A DNA stretch of 64,000 bases, taken from assembly GCA_947307225.1 (NCBI GenBank), contig CAMZIL010000001.1, positions 220,120 to 284,119 of the forward strand. The letters run 5' to 3'. A model generated the notes under the pieces. It did not search any database. It had not been told where the DNA came from and worked only from the letters and a program-made list of their open reading frames with translations. Source of the DNA: an uncultured Candidatus Saccharibacteria bacterium (lineage in GTDB: Bacteria; Patescibacteriota; Saccharimonadia; Saccharimonadales; Saccharimonadaceae). A program made the translations under genes and the position numbers. Shown here in pieces: positions 1 to 9,961 of the stretch. Positions within the stretch are counted from its first letter, which is position 1; every line of letters begins with the position of its first letter.

Positions 1-2330
1 GCGCCTCGATGCCCGCATCGACAGCCGAGGAATGCGGCACTAACTTATGCACTGCGCCATTAAACACCGTGCTCATGCCATTCACCACGCTAGTCAGCGA
101 TGTCATATTGGACGCTATCGGTATCATTTGTGTCATCAAGCTTCCAAGGAACGTGTACTTCGAAGTTATATCAAATGGACTGCGCGTTGATCTTTCATAA
201 CGAGCATTCTCCGCAATCACCGTTTCCCTTTCGCGGAAATATTGCCCAAGTTGCATGGGGCTCGCCACGGCTCCGCCCATAAACTGATGGTTCTTACTCA
301 TGTATTTACTAATGCCATCATATATTGCATTGCCGAGGTCCTCGCCAACTACCTCCGTTGCAATTTCCCTGATCAAGACCTTAGCAACTACCGGTGCCAA
401 GAAGCTCACGATCGTAGAGATAGCTAATGACATGGCTGCCTGGAAGGCTATTTGCGCGCCTTCATCTGCAAGTTTATCTACTATACAGCCAATACCAAAG
501 GAGACTGCACACGCAACGATCATCGTCGCATCTACGGCCGCGCCAGCAACCGCTGCGCCCAACCTAGCAATTGAGCATTCGCGAAAAGCCGAAGCCGAAA
601 TGCGCACGTTCGTAATTACTGATGATAGGCCGTTGTTCAGTGCTTTCAGGTTCGCATTTAAGTTAAAGCTACGCACGCCTGGGTCATTTAAGTCTGGCGA
701 CTTTCGGCTGAAGGCTGCGCCAGTAGAGTTAGCCTCCATCGCAGAGCGGGAGCGTTCCGTAACAATAGACTGATCAACCGCACCGGAAGATTTTACGGTT
801 CTAACCTCTTCATATCTACTATATGTAGGCGTAGTGAGCGACTCTGAGACTTCGTGGAGCGGCGCGCCATCACCGTCACCGGCCTGCACTTTTTGAATAG
901 CCTCAAATAAGCTAGCAGCAACCTTCAAAGTTTGCACCGCTTGATACGCAGCAACGATAGCCGTGACCGAGCTAACTACATCCGATATAGCGCACTGAAT
1001 ATTCACGGCCGCAGAAATAACGCTCGAAACTTTCGATACTTTATCTGCAATACCTGCCACCTTTGTCGCAAAACCACTCGAGTCGGTTACCTTTCCATTC
1101 TGGTCCGTTTTTATAGTGTCCCTAGAGATTGACTCGTCGCCCGCATCGGCAGTCGATGAAGTGTAAGTAGGGTCAGTCGGCTCACCGTTATTAGTCTCTT
1201 GGTGTTCAGAAATTTCCGTGGTTTCTATCTTGCCGCCAGCCGAGCCATCACCGCCCACTTCGTTTTTGACGGTGTTTTTCATGTCTTGCTTATTATGTAT
1301 ACTCCGCTGGAATTCGGCCCAAACACCACGTTTGATACCTAGTTTATTGAGGAACTTGGTCATGCCCTTATCGAACCAGACACCCACTGCGCCTCGCCAT
1401 GTGGCCGCACCCTCCTTGTAGCTGTTGCGAAACTCAACATCATTATCAAACGCGTCCTCAAAGAATATTCTGCCGTTTTTAGCCTGAGCCTTATCTGCGA
1501 CGACGGTCTGCGTTACGCCATTCGAGCGCGTGTGCTTCATGACCGTGATACCATCGGAATCCGTCTCGAATGTAATGCCGGACTTTGCTAGCTTGTTCTT
1601 CTGACGAGTCGAAACTTTGAATTCATCATCTTTGAAATAATGCCCTTTAATACAGTCTTTGACCGTATCGCCCTTAACGGTTTGCCACTTCAAGAAGTTT
1701 TTTGAACGCATGTTCTGCGAGACGGAAATCGAGTCAAAGATCTCCTGGAACTGGGAAACAAGGCTGAACGGCATCGAAAGCTGCGCCCAGAAGCTCGACA
1801 AAGCGGAACCTAGAAGTAGCGCGATAATCGTGACGAGCGGGCCGGCTTTTTTGAAGCTCTTCTTTGCTTCGGCGCGCTTACCCATCTTGAGGTCTTTAAC
1901 GCCTTTGACGGCATTCTTGAATTTGCTGCCGGTAGATTCTTTTTCGGATTCAACGTTATTCTCTTTTTCGCCAAGGGATGCTTTATTGTCACCACCTTTG
2001 CCGTTGGAGTTTGGCTTTTTGCTGGCGTCTTTTTCGCCCTGTTTTAGCAAGCCCCACTTGGAATTCCCTTCATCATCTTTCTTTTTGCCAAACTTACCGT
2101 AGCCAGCATGCGCGCCGCCATCATCATCTGTCTTTTTGCCGAGCATGTTACCGAACCAGCCTTTTTTAACTGGGTCGCCGTTCTCGTCTACTGGTTTTCC
2201 ATCAATAAGTGTTTGACTGTGCGAACGGATGTAATCCTGGTCCGCTTCGCTGTAGCGGCTGAGATCATCAAAACTATCGGCGTTATCGAAGTCGCCCGAC
2301 TCGTCGTAATAATCATCACCCTTCGCCATA
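1..2330 (-). CDS. Large polytopic membrane protein with its N-terminus in the window and its C-terminus cut by the left edge; paralog of 25064..27841
   Basis: Missing from the ORF track because no stop codon falls in the window. Hand translation of the minus strand from the ATG at 2330..2328 (MAKGDDYYDESGDFDNADSF...) stays open to position 1. Its last visible segment ...RSTRSPFDITSKYTFLGSLM... aligns with ...LHRSPFDITSKNTFLGSLL... in the 925-aa ORF 25064..27841. Both have a basic N-terminus followed by a TM helix. Confidence 0.75.
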
Positions 2331-2414
2331 TGCGAATATTATAACATGCTAACGCTTTTTGGTCTTGATTTTCTCTTCAAGATATGTGTATAATTATCTC
2401 AGGAGAAAAAGCCT

Positions 2415-3008
2415 ATGGCTAAAAAACAAAAACATAAAAAAACTGCGTCAAAAAATATTATTGTATTCATCTTCGCAATTCTTGCAGTCGCTGCAATTAC
2501 TTGCGGAGTTATCGTATTGATTCATCAAATCCGCCTCGATAACGGCGAAAAATCCGACAACGCTCAGGATAAAAATACCGCCAATGAAATCCTAAAGACC
2601 GAGGACGATCTAAAGGATGAAGAAAAGGTCGCCGAATCAAGCAACGATGCCAAAGACCGCATGGAGGCCGACGAGCGAGTTCAGCAGCCAGTCGACAAGG
2701 ATCTATCGGGTAAAAACATCGCAAAACCAGCTATTAACTTCATCTCGGAAGAAGACGGCAAGATTGCAATCGGCGGCGAGATACCAAATATCAACGAAAC
2801 GTCCGGCACTTGCACTTATGTCTTCGCCAAAGACGGAGTAGAAATCACATCTAGCACAGAAATTCTGCCAAATCCAAGCTACATATCTTGCAAGACAGCA
2901 AGAATCGACAAAAGCAAGTTCTCTGCCGGAAAATGGCAAGTAAAACTAAAATATAAATCTGAAACATCGGAGGGCGAAAGTGAAACGCAAACTTTTGAAA
3001 TCAAGTAG
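2415..3008 (+). CDS. Hypothetical N-terminally membrane-anchored protein
   Basis: 197-aa ORF with an aggag SD about 11 nt upstream of the ATG. Lys-rich N-terminus, one hydrophobic helix (IIVFIFAILAVAAITCGVIVLI), an acidic linker and a small C-terminal domain. No family recognised. Confidence 0.55.
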   Translation: MAKKQKHKKTASKNIIVFIFAILAVAAITCGVIVLIHQIRLDNGEKSDNAQDKNTANEILKTEDDLKDEEKVAESSNDAKDRMEADERVQQPVDKDLSGKNIAKPAINFISEEDGKIAIGGEIPNINETSGTCTYVFAKDGVEITSSTEILPNPSYISCKTARIDKSKFSAGKWQVKLKYKSETSEGESETQTFEIK

Positions 3009-5277
3009 CATCATCGCAAGCATCGCTTTTGTCGCAGTATTTTTCGGTACGGCTATCAATAATACGCCAGATACAAATGCAATCTCCGCTATGGATTTTA
3101 AGGCCGGCAATATTATCGACGATGCAATTTTCTACAACAAAAACACCATGACGGTCGCCGATATCCAAGCGCATTTGAATCGCTACATGCCAACCTGCGA
3201 TACGTGGGGTACTGGCGCAGTTGGTAGCGGGCGCACCATTAATGGCAAGTCTGTTCCAGCAAGCACGACGCGTGCAGATTACGCAAAGCAAATGCGTGCA
3301 GCCGGTAAGACTCGTTATCATGATCCTCCATATGTCTGTGTCCAAAATTACTACGAAAATCCAACCACACACGAGACGCTTTATGAGACTAAGAATGTCA
3401 TAAAAGAAGGCATGATTTCGTCTGCCCAAATCATCTACGACGCAGCACAAAAGTACGGGATCAACCCGCAGGTTTTGCTCGTGCTCCTAAAGAAGGAGAG
3501 CTACGTTTGGGGTGATAACTGGCCACTGAAAGACGAGTATAACACTGTGATGGGCTACGCCTGCCCTGACACTGCACCATGCGATTCAAAGTACTTCGGT
3601 TTCTACAACCAGGTCGAAATGGCAGCATGGCAGCTCAAGTATTATCGCGAGCATATTTATGACTACAACTACCGCCCATATGCAACGAATAATATCCTTT
3701 ATTCGCCAACAACTTCCTGCGGTAGAAAAGCAGTTTATCTAGAAAATATCGCTACTACTTCCCTATATATCTACACGCCATATACTCCAAATGATGCAGC
3801 GTTGCGCAACTATCCAGGCACCGCAACTTGCGGATCGTATGGCAACCGCAACTTCTTTATGTACTTTAGCGAATGGTTCGGCAGTACGCATGGCGTCAAG
3901 GCTACGAAGCTTTCCATTCCGGATGGCGACTACAAAGTTAGCCTCGGCGAATTATCTTATGAGATTTCGCTCAAACAAAATAGCGATAAGAGCTATGTCG
4001 TCACTGATTCGAAAACCGGAATGGCTCTGTCTGCAGCTGGCGCAGTGCTAGAGGGTAAAGTCGAGTTCAAGGCAGCAAATGATAGTGCCACGCAAAAATG
4101 GTATCTCTACGGCGATAACAAAGGCGGCTATTATCTAGCAGCAGCTTCAAATCCATCCTATGTCATTACGCTGAATGCCGAAAAGCAAATGGTACTCAGT
4201 ATTTACGGCGGAGATGATATTGTCGCTTCAAAGATGACTCCTGTATTTGCCGAGAAAGTTCAGAATGGTAAATATATCTTCGGCGTCTCCTACAAGGATA
4301 AATTCGTTTTGGATCTAAGCGGCAACGCCAATAGAGAGGGCGCTAATATTCAAATGTATGCCCAAAACGGCACAGACGCACAGCGCTTTGACATTGTCTT
4401 TGATGAAACAAGCGGCTACTACAAGATCATCGCATCGACCGGCAAAGTCTTAACGGCTGTAGGCGAAAAAGTCGAGACCGTAAATAATGTCGTCACTAAT
4501 ACTGATACCGGAAGCTGCATGCAGCGCTTCGGCTTTTATAAGAATAAGGATGGCAGTTATGCTGCTCGTTCCGCCTGCAATCTAAGCTACGCACTCGACA
4601 TTTCTGGCGGCAACACGAAAGAACCGACGAATGTTCAGATTTACTCTTATAATGCTTCCGTTGCGCAGCATTGGCTTCTTGCGCTCGTCAAAGCACAAGA
4701 AGAGGTAAAGCCGGAGCAGCCGACCGAGCCAGAGCAGCCTGCCCAGCCAGAACAACCAGCCGAGCCAGAGCAGCCTGCCCAGCCTGAACAGCCTGAGCAA
4801 CCTGAGCAACCGGCTGAACCAGAGCAGCCAAAGCCAGTACTAAGTGATGGCGATTACGTAATTTACTCTACCCTAAGAGCTAACTTCGTCATCGATATTT
4901 CTGGCGCCAGCAAGAAAGATGCGGCCAACATTCAAGCTTATCAAAAGAATGGAACGGTCGCTCAGCGCTTCCGTCTCAAATACGACGCAACGCGCGACGC
5001 CTACACGTTCACTAATCCAAATGCAAACAAAGTAATGGATTTGTCTGGCGGTTTAACTACGGATGGTAGAAATATCCAGACTTACACTCTAAACAATACT
5101 TGTGCACAGTTCTGGAAGATCAAGAAATCCGCTAAGGGCAACTACAACATCTTGAGCTACTGCAACGATAAATACGCAGTAGATGTTAGAGGCGCCGGAA
5201 CGGCAGATCCGACAAATATCCACTTGTGGACGGTCAACGGCACAAACGCTCAGGAATGGAAATTTACAAAACTTTAA
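2980..5277 (+). CDS. Secreted lysozyme-like (SLT/glucosaminidase-like) protein with ricin-type beta-trefoil lectin repeats
   Basis: 765-aa ORF with a GTG start and a signal-like N-terminus (SSIIASIAFVAVFFGTAINNTPDTNA). The segment AQKYGINPQVLLVLLKKESYVWG resembles the catalytic-Glu region of lysozyme-like wall hydrolases. Seven Q-x-W/F motifs (QKW, QRF, QRF, QHW, QRF, QFW, QEW) with periodic DLSG/DISG/DVRG strands are typical of ricin-B lectin folds. A PEQP linker separates the two lectin blocks. Confidence 0.7.
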   Translation: MKRKLLKSSSIIASIAFVAVFFGTAINNTPDTNAISAMDFKAGNIIDDAIFYNKNTMTVADIQAHLNRYMPTCDTWGTGAVGSGRTINGKSVPASTTRADYAKQMRAAGKTRYHDPPYVCVQNYYENPTTHETLYETKNVIKEGMISSAQIIYDAAQKYGINPQVLLVLLKKESYVWGDNWPLKDEYNTVMGYACPDTAPCDSKYFGFYNQVEMAAWQLKYYREHIYDYNYRPYATNNILYSPTTSCGRKAVYLENIATTSLYIYTPYTPNDAALRNYPGTATCGSYGNRNFFMYFSEWFGSTHGVKATKLSIPDGDYKVSLGELSYEISLKQNSDKSYVVTDSKTGMALSAAGAVLEGKVEFKAANDSATQKWYLYGDNKGGYYLAAASNPSYVITLNAEKQMVLSIYGGDDIVASKMTPVFAEKVQNGKYIFGVSYKDKFVLDLSGNANREGANIQMYAQNGTDAQRFDIVFDETSGYYKIIASTGKVLTAVGEKVETVNNVVTNTDTGSCMQRFGFYKNKDGSYAARSACNLSYALDISGGNTKEPTNVQIYSYNASVAQHWLLALVKAQEEVKPEQPTEPEQPAQPEQPAEPEQPAQPEQPEQPEQPAEPEQPKPVLSDGDYVIYSTLRANFVIDISGASKKDAANIQAYQKNGTVAQRFRLKYDATRDAYTFTNPNANKVMDLSGGLTTDGRNIQTYTLNNTCAQFWKIKKSAKGNYNILSYCNDKYAVDVRGAGTADPTNIHLWTVNGTNAQEWKFTKL
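4711..4830 (+). repeat. Coding tandem repeat (PEQP/AQPEQP linker) inside 2980..5277
   Basis: Reiterated gagccagagcagcctgcccagcc-type units encode PEQPTEPEQPAQPEQPAEPEQPAQPEQPEQPEQPAEPEQP. Confidence 0.9.
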
Positions 5278-5306
5278 AGAGAGGCGCTAAAAGCGCTTCT
5301 CTTTTT
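5278..5306 (+). terminator. Rho-independent terminator after 2980..5277
   Basis: 10-bp stem agagaggcgc/gcgcttctct with one G-U pair and a 5-nt loop, followed by tttt. Confidence 0.7.
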
Positions 5307-5325
5307 GTATGGTAAAATATAGCTT

Positions 5326-6432
5326 ATGCAGTTGGAGTTGGACAATTTAGCTAGCGTAATTCTATATCTATCCGTATTTTTGACTGCAATCGTTTTTGCG
5401 TATGTCGCGCAAAAGAAAAAGAGCAAGTATTACCTCATTTTGGCAATCTTACTCCCTGTTTTTTTGGCCGGTTTTCGTTACAGCGCCGGCACTGATTCTT
5501 TGACCTACCGCCAGCTCTATACCGAAATTGGAACCGAAAGCTCCGAGTTGACCGCTTGGCGCATCACTAGCGGCGGCCTCGAGCCATTCATCGTCATTCT
5601 TTCTATGGTCTGTAACTTCTTGCATTTGCCTGCGTCCTCGATTTTGATTATTTTTGCATTAATTACCGCATCATTCTTCTATGCGACTGCTCGTCTTTTT
5701 AATAAAGAAAAGGCTTGGATGTATTACGGGATGCTGCTACTTATTCTCTTCCCAGAAAGCCTTAATATGACGCGTCAGCTCGCCGCTACGAGCGTGCTCG
5801 CATTCGCTTTGATGTACTCAATTCGTCGTCTGCAGGCCAATAAAAAGACTCATTGGTGGTTAATTGTTTTACTTGCGGGATTTGCAATCACTCTACACTA
5901 TTCGTCCGTTATTTTGCTCCCGGTCCTGCTGCTCCCGATTATTATCAAAACTATCCGCGGAAGAAGCCTGGCGGTATTGCTCAGCACGCTTGCAGTAATA
6001 TGTATTTTCGGTTTTTCGATTGCGATTTCTACGGTCGTCGATTTAGGCTTGTTGTCCGAACGCCATTTAGCAACGTTCGAAATAACCGACGGGTCGCTTA
6101 TCAATATCAAGTTCTTCTCGTCGTTAATTCTAGTTGCTGTGCTATTTGCTAGCTACCATCGCCGCCAAAATAAGGACGACAAGTATATGGGACTGCTGCT
6201 GCTTTTGGGCGTCGCATACTCGGCGATTGGTTTTTATTCCGGCTATCTCGGCCGTCTCGCAATGCTCTTTTGGGTTTTCATTATCCTTGTCGGCGGCGAC
6301 ACAATCTGCCAAACGATGCAAAAAGAAAACCACCGCTCTGCGGCTTGCTTGGCGGTGGCAATTCTCTACTTTATTTTGTACTTCTGCGTACTCGGGTTTA
6401 ACGAATTAATCCCTTACAGCTTTATTGTCTAA
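5326..6432 (+). CDS. EpsG-family polytopic membrane protein (putative polysaccharide polymerase/glycosyltransferase)
   Basis: 368 aa with about 10 hydrophobic helices. The early motif FRYSAGTDSLTYRQLY matches the EpsG-family G-T-D-x-x-x-Y signature. Neighbours are the Wzz-like gene and galE. Confidence 0.65.
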   Translation: MQLELDNLASVILYLSVFLTAIVFAYVAQKKKSKYYLILAILLPVFLAGFRYSAGTDSLTYRQLYTEIGTESSELTAWRITSGGLEPFIVILSMVCNFLHLPASSILIIFALITASFFYATARLFNKEKAWMYYGMLLLILFPESLNMTRQLAATSVLAFALMYSIRRLQANKKTHWWLIVLLAGFAITLHYSSVILLPVLLLPIIIKTIRGRSLAVLLSTLAVICIFGFSIAISTVVDLGLLSERHLATFEITDGSLINIKFFSSLILVAVLFASYHRRQNKDDKYMGLLLLLGVAYSAIGFYSGYLGRLAMLFWVFIILVGGDTICQTMQKENHRSAACLAVAILYFILYFCVLGFNELIPYSFIV

Positions 6433-7008
6433 TTATTTGTCTGAGCAATAATCAAATTTAATAAAGATAATAATCATCGCTAGGACTACGGCGCCTGCCG
6501 CAATGATGGCTGCGGAGACAGCGCGGCGGCGAGTCGTCGTGGATGAATCTGCATTCGTAGCGCGCTTGAGAATGGTTACGTGGTAATCTTTTGCGTCATC
6601 ATAAACGGATGCGATGGCGTTGCTGGCTTTTTCAACAATCGTATTTGCGGTCTTGATAGCCTTGTCGTAATCGGTGGAAGTAGCAGTAATCGTAAATACG
6701 CCGTATGGTTTTTCGACAATAGTATATTCCGAAAGATCACTTTCGTTTAATTTTTCGTCGGTGTTGGCAATGATTGAATCGCTGAGTAATAGTTCGCCAA
6801 TCTGAGCATATGGCGAAGTTGCCGTGCCGTTGTCGACCATAGAGTTGTGAACGAAAATCTTTGAGGTCGCTTCAAACTGAGTCGGGGTTTTGAAAGCATA
6901 CCAGGTACCGACAAGGCCGCCGATGATTAGAAATAGTACGAGCACAAACCAAGACTTTTTGAGCTCTTTAATGTAGTTTCTGAAGGTAAATTTTGTCTTC
7001 GTTGCCAT
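6433..7008 (-). CDS. Wzz/CpsC-like polysaccharide chain-length determinant family protein (short form)
   Basis: 191 aa. The N-terminal motif ...ELKKSWFVLVLFLIIGGLVGTWYAF plus a C-terminal TM helix gives the Wzz topology of two TM helices flanking an extracytoplasmic domain. Overlaps galE by 1 nt. Confidence 0.55.
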   Translation of the reverse strand: MATKTKFTFRNYIKELKKSWFVLVLFLIIGGLVGTWYAFKTPTQFEATSKIFVHNSMVDNGTATSPYAQIGELLLSDSIIANTDEKLNESDLSEYTIVEKPYGVFTITATSTDYDKAIKTANTIVEKASNAIASVYDDAKDYHVTILKRATNADSSTTTRRRAVSAAIIAAGAVVLAMIIIFIKFDYCSDK

Positions 7009-8015
7009 TAGTTTTCCTTTACTTTGTTTAGATAATTAATAGTATCTCGCATAGCATCATCAATTGTCAAAACTGTGCGCCAGCCAAGTTCGCGCTCGGC
7101 TTTGGATGGGTTCGCCCAGAACTCTGGGAGATCGCCGGCACGACGTGGGCCGACCTCGCACGGAAGTGCTTCGCCGCTCGCCTTTTCAAAGGCGGCAATC
7201 ATTTCTTTGACGCTAGACGGTTTGCCGGAACCGAGATTGAAAATCTGCGTTCCAGCCTGCATATGCTCTAGCGCTGCCATGTGGCCTTTTGCGAGATCTA
7301 CAACGTGAATATAATCGCGGCGGCAAGTACCATCCTCGGTCGGATAATCATCGCCGTAAATTTGGAGTTTTGCGATACGGCCATCCATAACGCGCATAAT
7401 AATCGGCATTAGGTTATTTGGGATACCATTTGGATCCTCGCCAATCAAGCCAGACGGATGTGCCCCGATAGGGTTAAAGTAGCGCAAAAGAACAGCTTTG
7501 AACTCTGGATTGGCGACGGAATAATCTTTGACGATTTCTTCGATAAAGCACTTCGTGCGGCCATATGGACTGGAGATATTTGCGCCAGTAGTCATCGTCT
7601 CGATGTATTCTGGAGAATCCTGAACGCCATAAACCGTAGCGCTGGACGAGAAAATAAACTCGTTTACGCCGTTCTTTTTCATCGACTCAAGTAGGTTTAC
7701 TGTGCCAGTGATATTATTGCGATAATAATCGAGTGGCTTTTCGACTGACTCGCCGACTGCCTTTAGGCCAGCAAAATGAATAACCGAATCAAAATGACCA
7801 TTTGCGACGATTTGATCTAGCTGCGTCGCATCGAGCAAATCTACTTGATGAAAAACTGGGCGTTTCCCAGTGATTTTTTCAATTTGGTCTACGACAGTAA
7901 TCTTGCTATTAAAAAGATTATCGACTATTTCGACTTCGTAACCATTTTGTAGCAATTCTACTGCAGTATGAGAGCCAATATAGCCGGTTCCACCTGTAAC
8001 TAAAACCTTTTTCAT
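7008..8015 (-). CDS. galE: UDP-glucose 4-epimerase
   Basis: 335 aa with an N-terminal Rossmann motif VLVTGGTGYIGSHT, the SSSATVYG and YGRTK (YxxxK) motifs, and the typical GalE length. Confidence 0.9.
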   Translation of the reverse strand: MKKVLVTGGTGYIGSHTAVELLQNGYEVEIVDNLFNSKITVVDQIEKITGKRPVFHQVDLLDATQLDQIVANGHFDSVIHFAGLKAVGESVEKPLDYYRNNITGTVNLLESMKKNGVNEFIFSSSATVYGVQDSPEYIETMTTGANISSPYGRTKCFIEEIVKDYSVANPEFKAVLLRYFNPIGAHPSGLIGEDPNGIPNNLMPIIMRVMDGRIAKLQIYGDDYPTEDGTCRRDYIHVVDLAKGHMAALEHMQAGTQIFNLGSGKPSSVKEMIAAFEKASGEALPCEVGPRRAGDLPEFWANPSKAERELGWRTVLTIDDAMRDTINYLNKVKEN

Positions 8016-8083
8016 ATCTTATTATTATACGGCATCCTCCCTTTTTGCACAAAAAAGGATTTTGTAGTATAATAAGCCAAGGC

Positions 8084-8159
8084 CGGGGTTTGGCGCAGTT
8101 GGTAGCGCGCGCGCTTTGGGAGCGTGAGGTCATCAGTTCGAGTCTGATAACCCCGACCA
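8084..8159 (+). tRNA. tRNA-Pro (anticodon UGG), CCA encoded
   Basis: Hand-folded cloverleaf. Acceptor CGGGGTT/AACCCCG, D-stem GCGC/GCGC, anticodon stem CGCGC/GCGTG with loop TTTGGGA, T-arm ATCAG-TTCGAGT-CTGAT, discriminator A, then CCA. Confidence 0.85.
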
Positions 8160-8271
8160 TTTTTTGTTGCCCTTGATAAATTTGGCATTTTATGATATGA
8201 TGTAATTGTGGAGCAGTTTTGCTCCTCGTTTTTTATACACTTCAATATATTAGAAAGGTGGGTTTCTAAAC

Positions 8272-9147
8272 ATGGACAAATGGTCAAAAGTAAAATCCGG
8301 AAAAGTCCGCGACATTTGGCAGAGCGACAACGGTAGGTGCATAGCACTGGTCGCTACGGACCGGGTGTCGGCGTTTGACGAAAAGCTGGGCGTCATTGTC
8401 CCCGACAAAGGCAAAATTCTTACACAGATGAGTGCAAAGTGGTTCGAGCTGACCGAAAATCTCGTGCCGAATGCAATTCTCGCAACTGACGTTGAGAATA
8501 TGCCGTCATCGTGGCGCAAGGACGAATTCGCCGGCCGCACTACAGAGATGATTGCATTACGGATGCTCCCGCTCGAGGCTATCGTGCGTGGATACATCAC
8601 GGGATCAATGTGGTCAAAGTATTGCAAAGGCGAACGTACAATCAGCGACTATACTATGCCGGAAGGCCTGCAGGAATCGCAACAGTTGCCGGAACCGATT
8701 TATACGCCGACAACCAAAGCCCCTGAGGGTGAGCATGACATGGAGGTCAACTTCGAGCAGTCTGTCTTGGAGATTGAGAAGGCCGGCTTCGAAAACGCAC
8801 GCGATTTAGCTGAAAAAGTGCGCGACTATTCCCTCAAGCTCTACTCATTCTGCAGTGATTATGCAAAAAGCCGCGGCATCATCTTGGCAGACTCCAAGTT
8901 TGAGTTTGGCGTCGATGAAGAAGGCATCGTACGAGTGGCAGACGAGGTCTGCACTCCCGATTCGGCACGTTTCTGGTCGGTCGATGATTACGAGATCGGC
9001 CGCAGCCAGGCATCGATGGATAAGCAGATGCTGCGTGACTGGGTTAAACAGGCGAAGGAAGCCGGTACTTATACCACTGTACCGGACGAAATACTCCAGG
9101 AAACCGGTAGACGCTACAGAAAATGCTATGAGCTTTTGTTCGGATAA
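8272..9147 (+). CDS. purC: Phosphoribosylaminoimidazole-succinocarboxamide (SAICAR) synthase
   Basis: 291 aa. The segment GKVRDIW...ATDRVSAFD and the C-terminal LADSKFEFG match the PurC signature. An aaaggtgg SD lies upstream. Confidence 0.85.
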   Translation: MDKWSKVKSGKVRDIWQSDNGRCIALVATDRVSAFDEKLGVIVPDKGKILTQMSAKWFELTENLVPNAILATDVENMPSSWRKDEFAGRTTEMIALRMLPLEAIVRGYITGSMWSKYCKGERTISDYTMPEGLQESQQLPEPIYTPTTKAPEGEHDMEVNFEQSVLEIEKAGFENARDLAEKVRDYSLKLYSFCSDYAKSRGIILADSKFEFGVDEEGIVRVADEVCTPDSARFWSVDDYEIGRSQASMDKQMLRDWVKQAKEAGTYTTVPDEILQETGRRYRKCYELLFG

Positions 9148-9157
9148 TGCGAAGATG

Positions 9158-9186
9158 GGCCACCTCTTGAATGGGGTGGCCTTTTA
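9158..9186 (+). terminator. Rho-independent terminator after purC
   Basis: Stem ggccacc/ggtggcc with a 10-nt loop, followed by ttttatt. Confidence 0.6.
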
Positions 9187-9265
9187 TTATATAATAGGCG
9201 CAGATTGGGCATCTTGATGCCCTTTTGTTTTATTTTACATTCTACACGAGAGGAGGCTAACACCC

Positions 9266-9961
9266 ATGACTCAGAACCAAGAAGACTTCATTCAGTTTGC
9301 ACTCGACACAGAAGCGTTAAAGTTCGGAGATTTCACGCTCAAGTCAGGCCGAAAATCACCATTCTTTTTTAACACCGGCGTTTTCAATGACGGAGAGACG
9401 ATAGAAAAACTCGGTTACCACTACGCTTCAGCAATTGTCCATGCATATGGAGAAGAAATCGATGTACTATTTGGCCCTGCCTACAAAGGCATTCCTCTGG
9501 CGGTCGCAACAGCAGCCGCGTTGAAGAGGTATTTCAATCTCAATGTCCGCTATGCATCTAACCGTAAAGAGATCAAAGACCACGGAGATGCTGGCATTTG
9601 GTTTGGCTCAAAGCTTGAAGATGGCGATAGAGTCGTGATGATCGAAGATGTCACGACCTCTGGAAAATCTATGGACGAGACCGTCCCGATAGTACGAGCT
9701 CAAGCAAATGTCGAAATAGTCGGTTTGATGGTTTCGCTCGATCGCCACGAATTCGGCTCAGAGCAAACTATGACGGCACTTGAAGAAGTGTCAAAGAAAT
9801 ATGGGTTCCCTACCGCGGCAATCGTTTCAATGCCGGAGGTAATCGAATTCATGAAGGAGTGTTCGTTGTTGGAAGACATTCAGGTTCAGGCCCTTAAAGC
9901 ATACTATGCGCTGTACGGGCCGAAAAAGGCAGAGGAGGATTTTTATGAAATTAAAACCTGA
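9266..9961 (+). CDS. pyrE: Orotate phosphoribosyltransferase
   Basis: 231 aa. Contains ALKFGDFTLKSGRKSPFFFN and the PRPP-binding loop VVMIEDVTTSGKS. Confidence 0.9.
   Translation: MTQNQEDFIQFALDTEALKFGDFTLKSGRKSPFFFNTGVFNDGETIEKLGYHYASAIVHAYGEEIDVLFGPAYKGIPLAVATAAALKRYFNLNVRYASNRKEIKDHGDAGIWFGSKLEDGDRVVMIEDVTTSGKSMDETVPIVRAQANVEIVGLMVSLDRHEFGSEQTMTALEEVSKKYGFPTAAIVSMPEVIEFMKECSLLEDIQVQALKAYYALYGPKKAEEDFYEIKT

Noticed and set aside
300-2344. Plus-strand track ORFs 300..773, 932..1132, 1218..1421, 1659..2102, 1978..2169 and 2108..2344, and minus-strand 1810..1995
   Set aside because: All lie inside the long open minus-strand frame 1..2330, which has a clear paralog at 25064..27841. Their products are compositionally odd and lack start-site signals, so they are shadow ORFs.
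4711-4830. Tandem repeats as possible CRISPR arrays (also about 43135-43215 and about 51905-52055)
   Set aside because: The repeats are 12-24 nt, contiguous with no unique spacers, in frame within long ORFs, and encode peptide linkers. No cas genes are present.
8012-8627. Minus-strand ORFs 8012..8347 and 8250..8627
   Set aside because: They run through tRNA-Pro and antisense to purC, which has strong family motifs.
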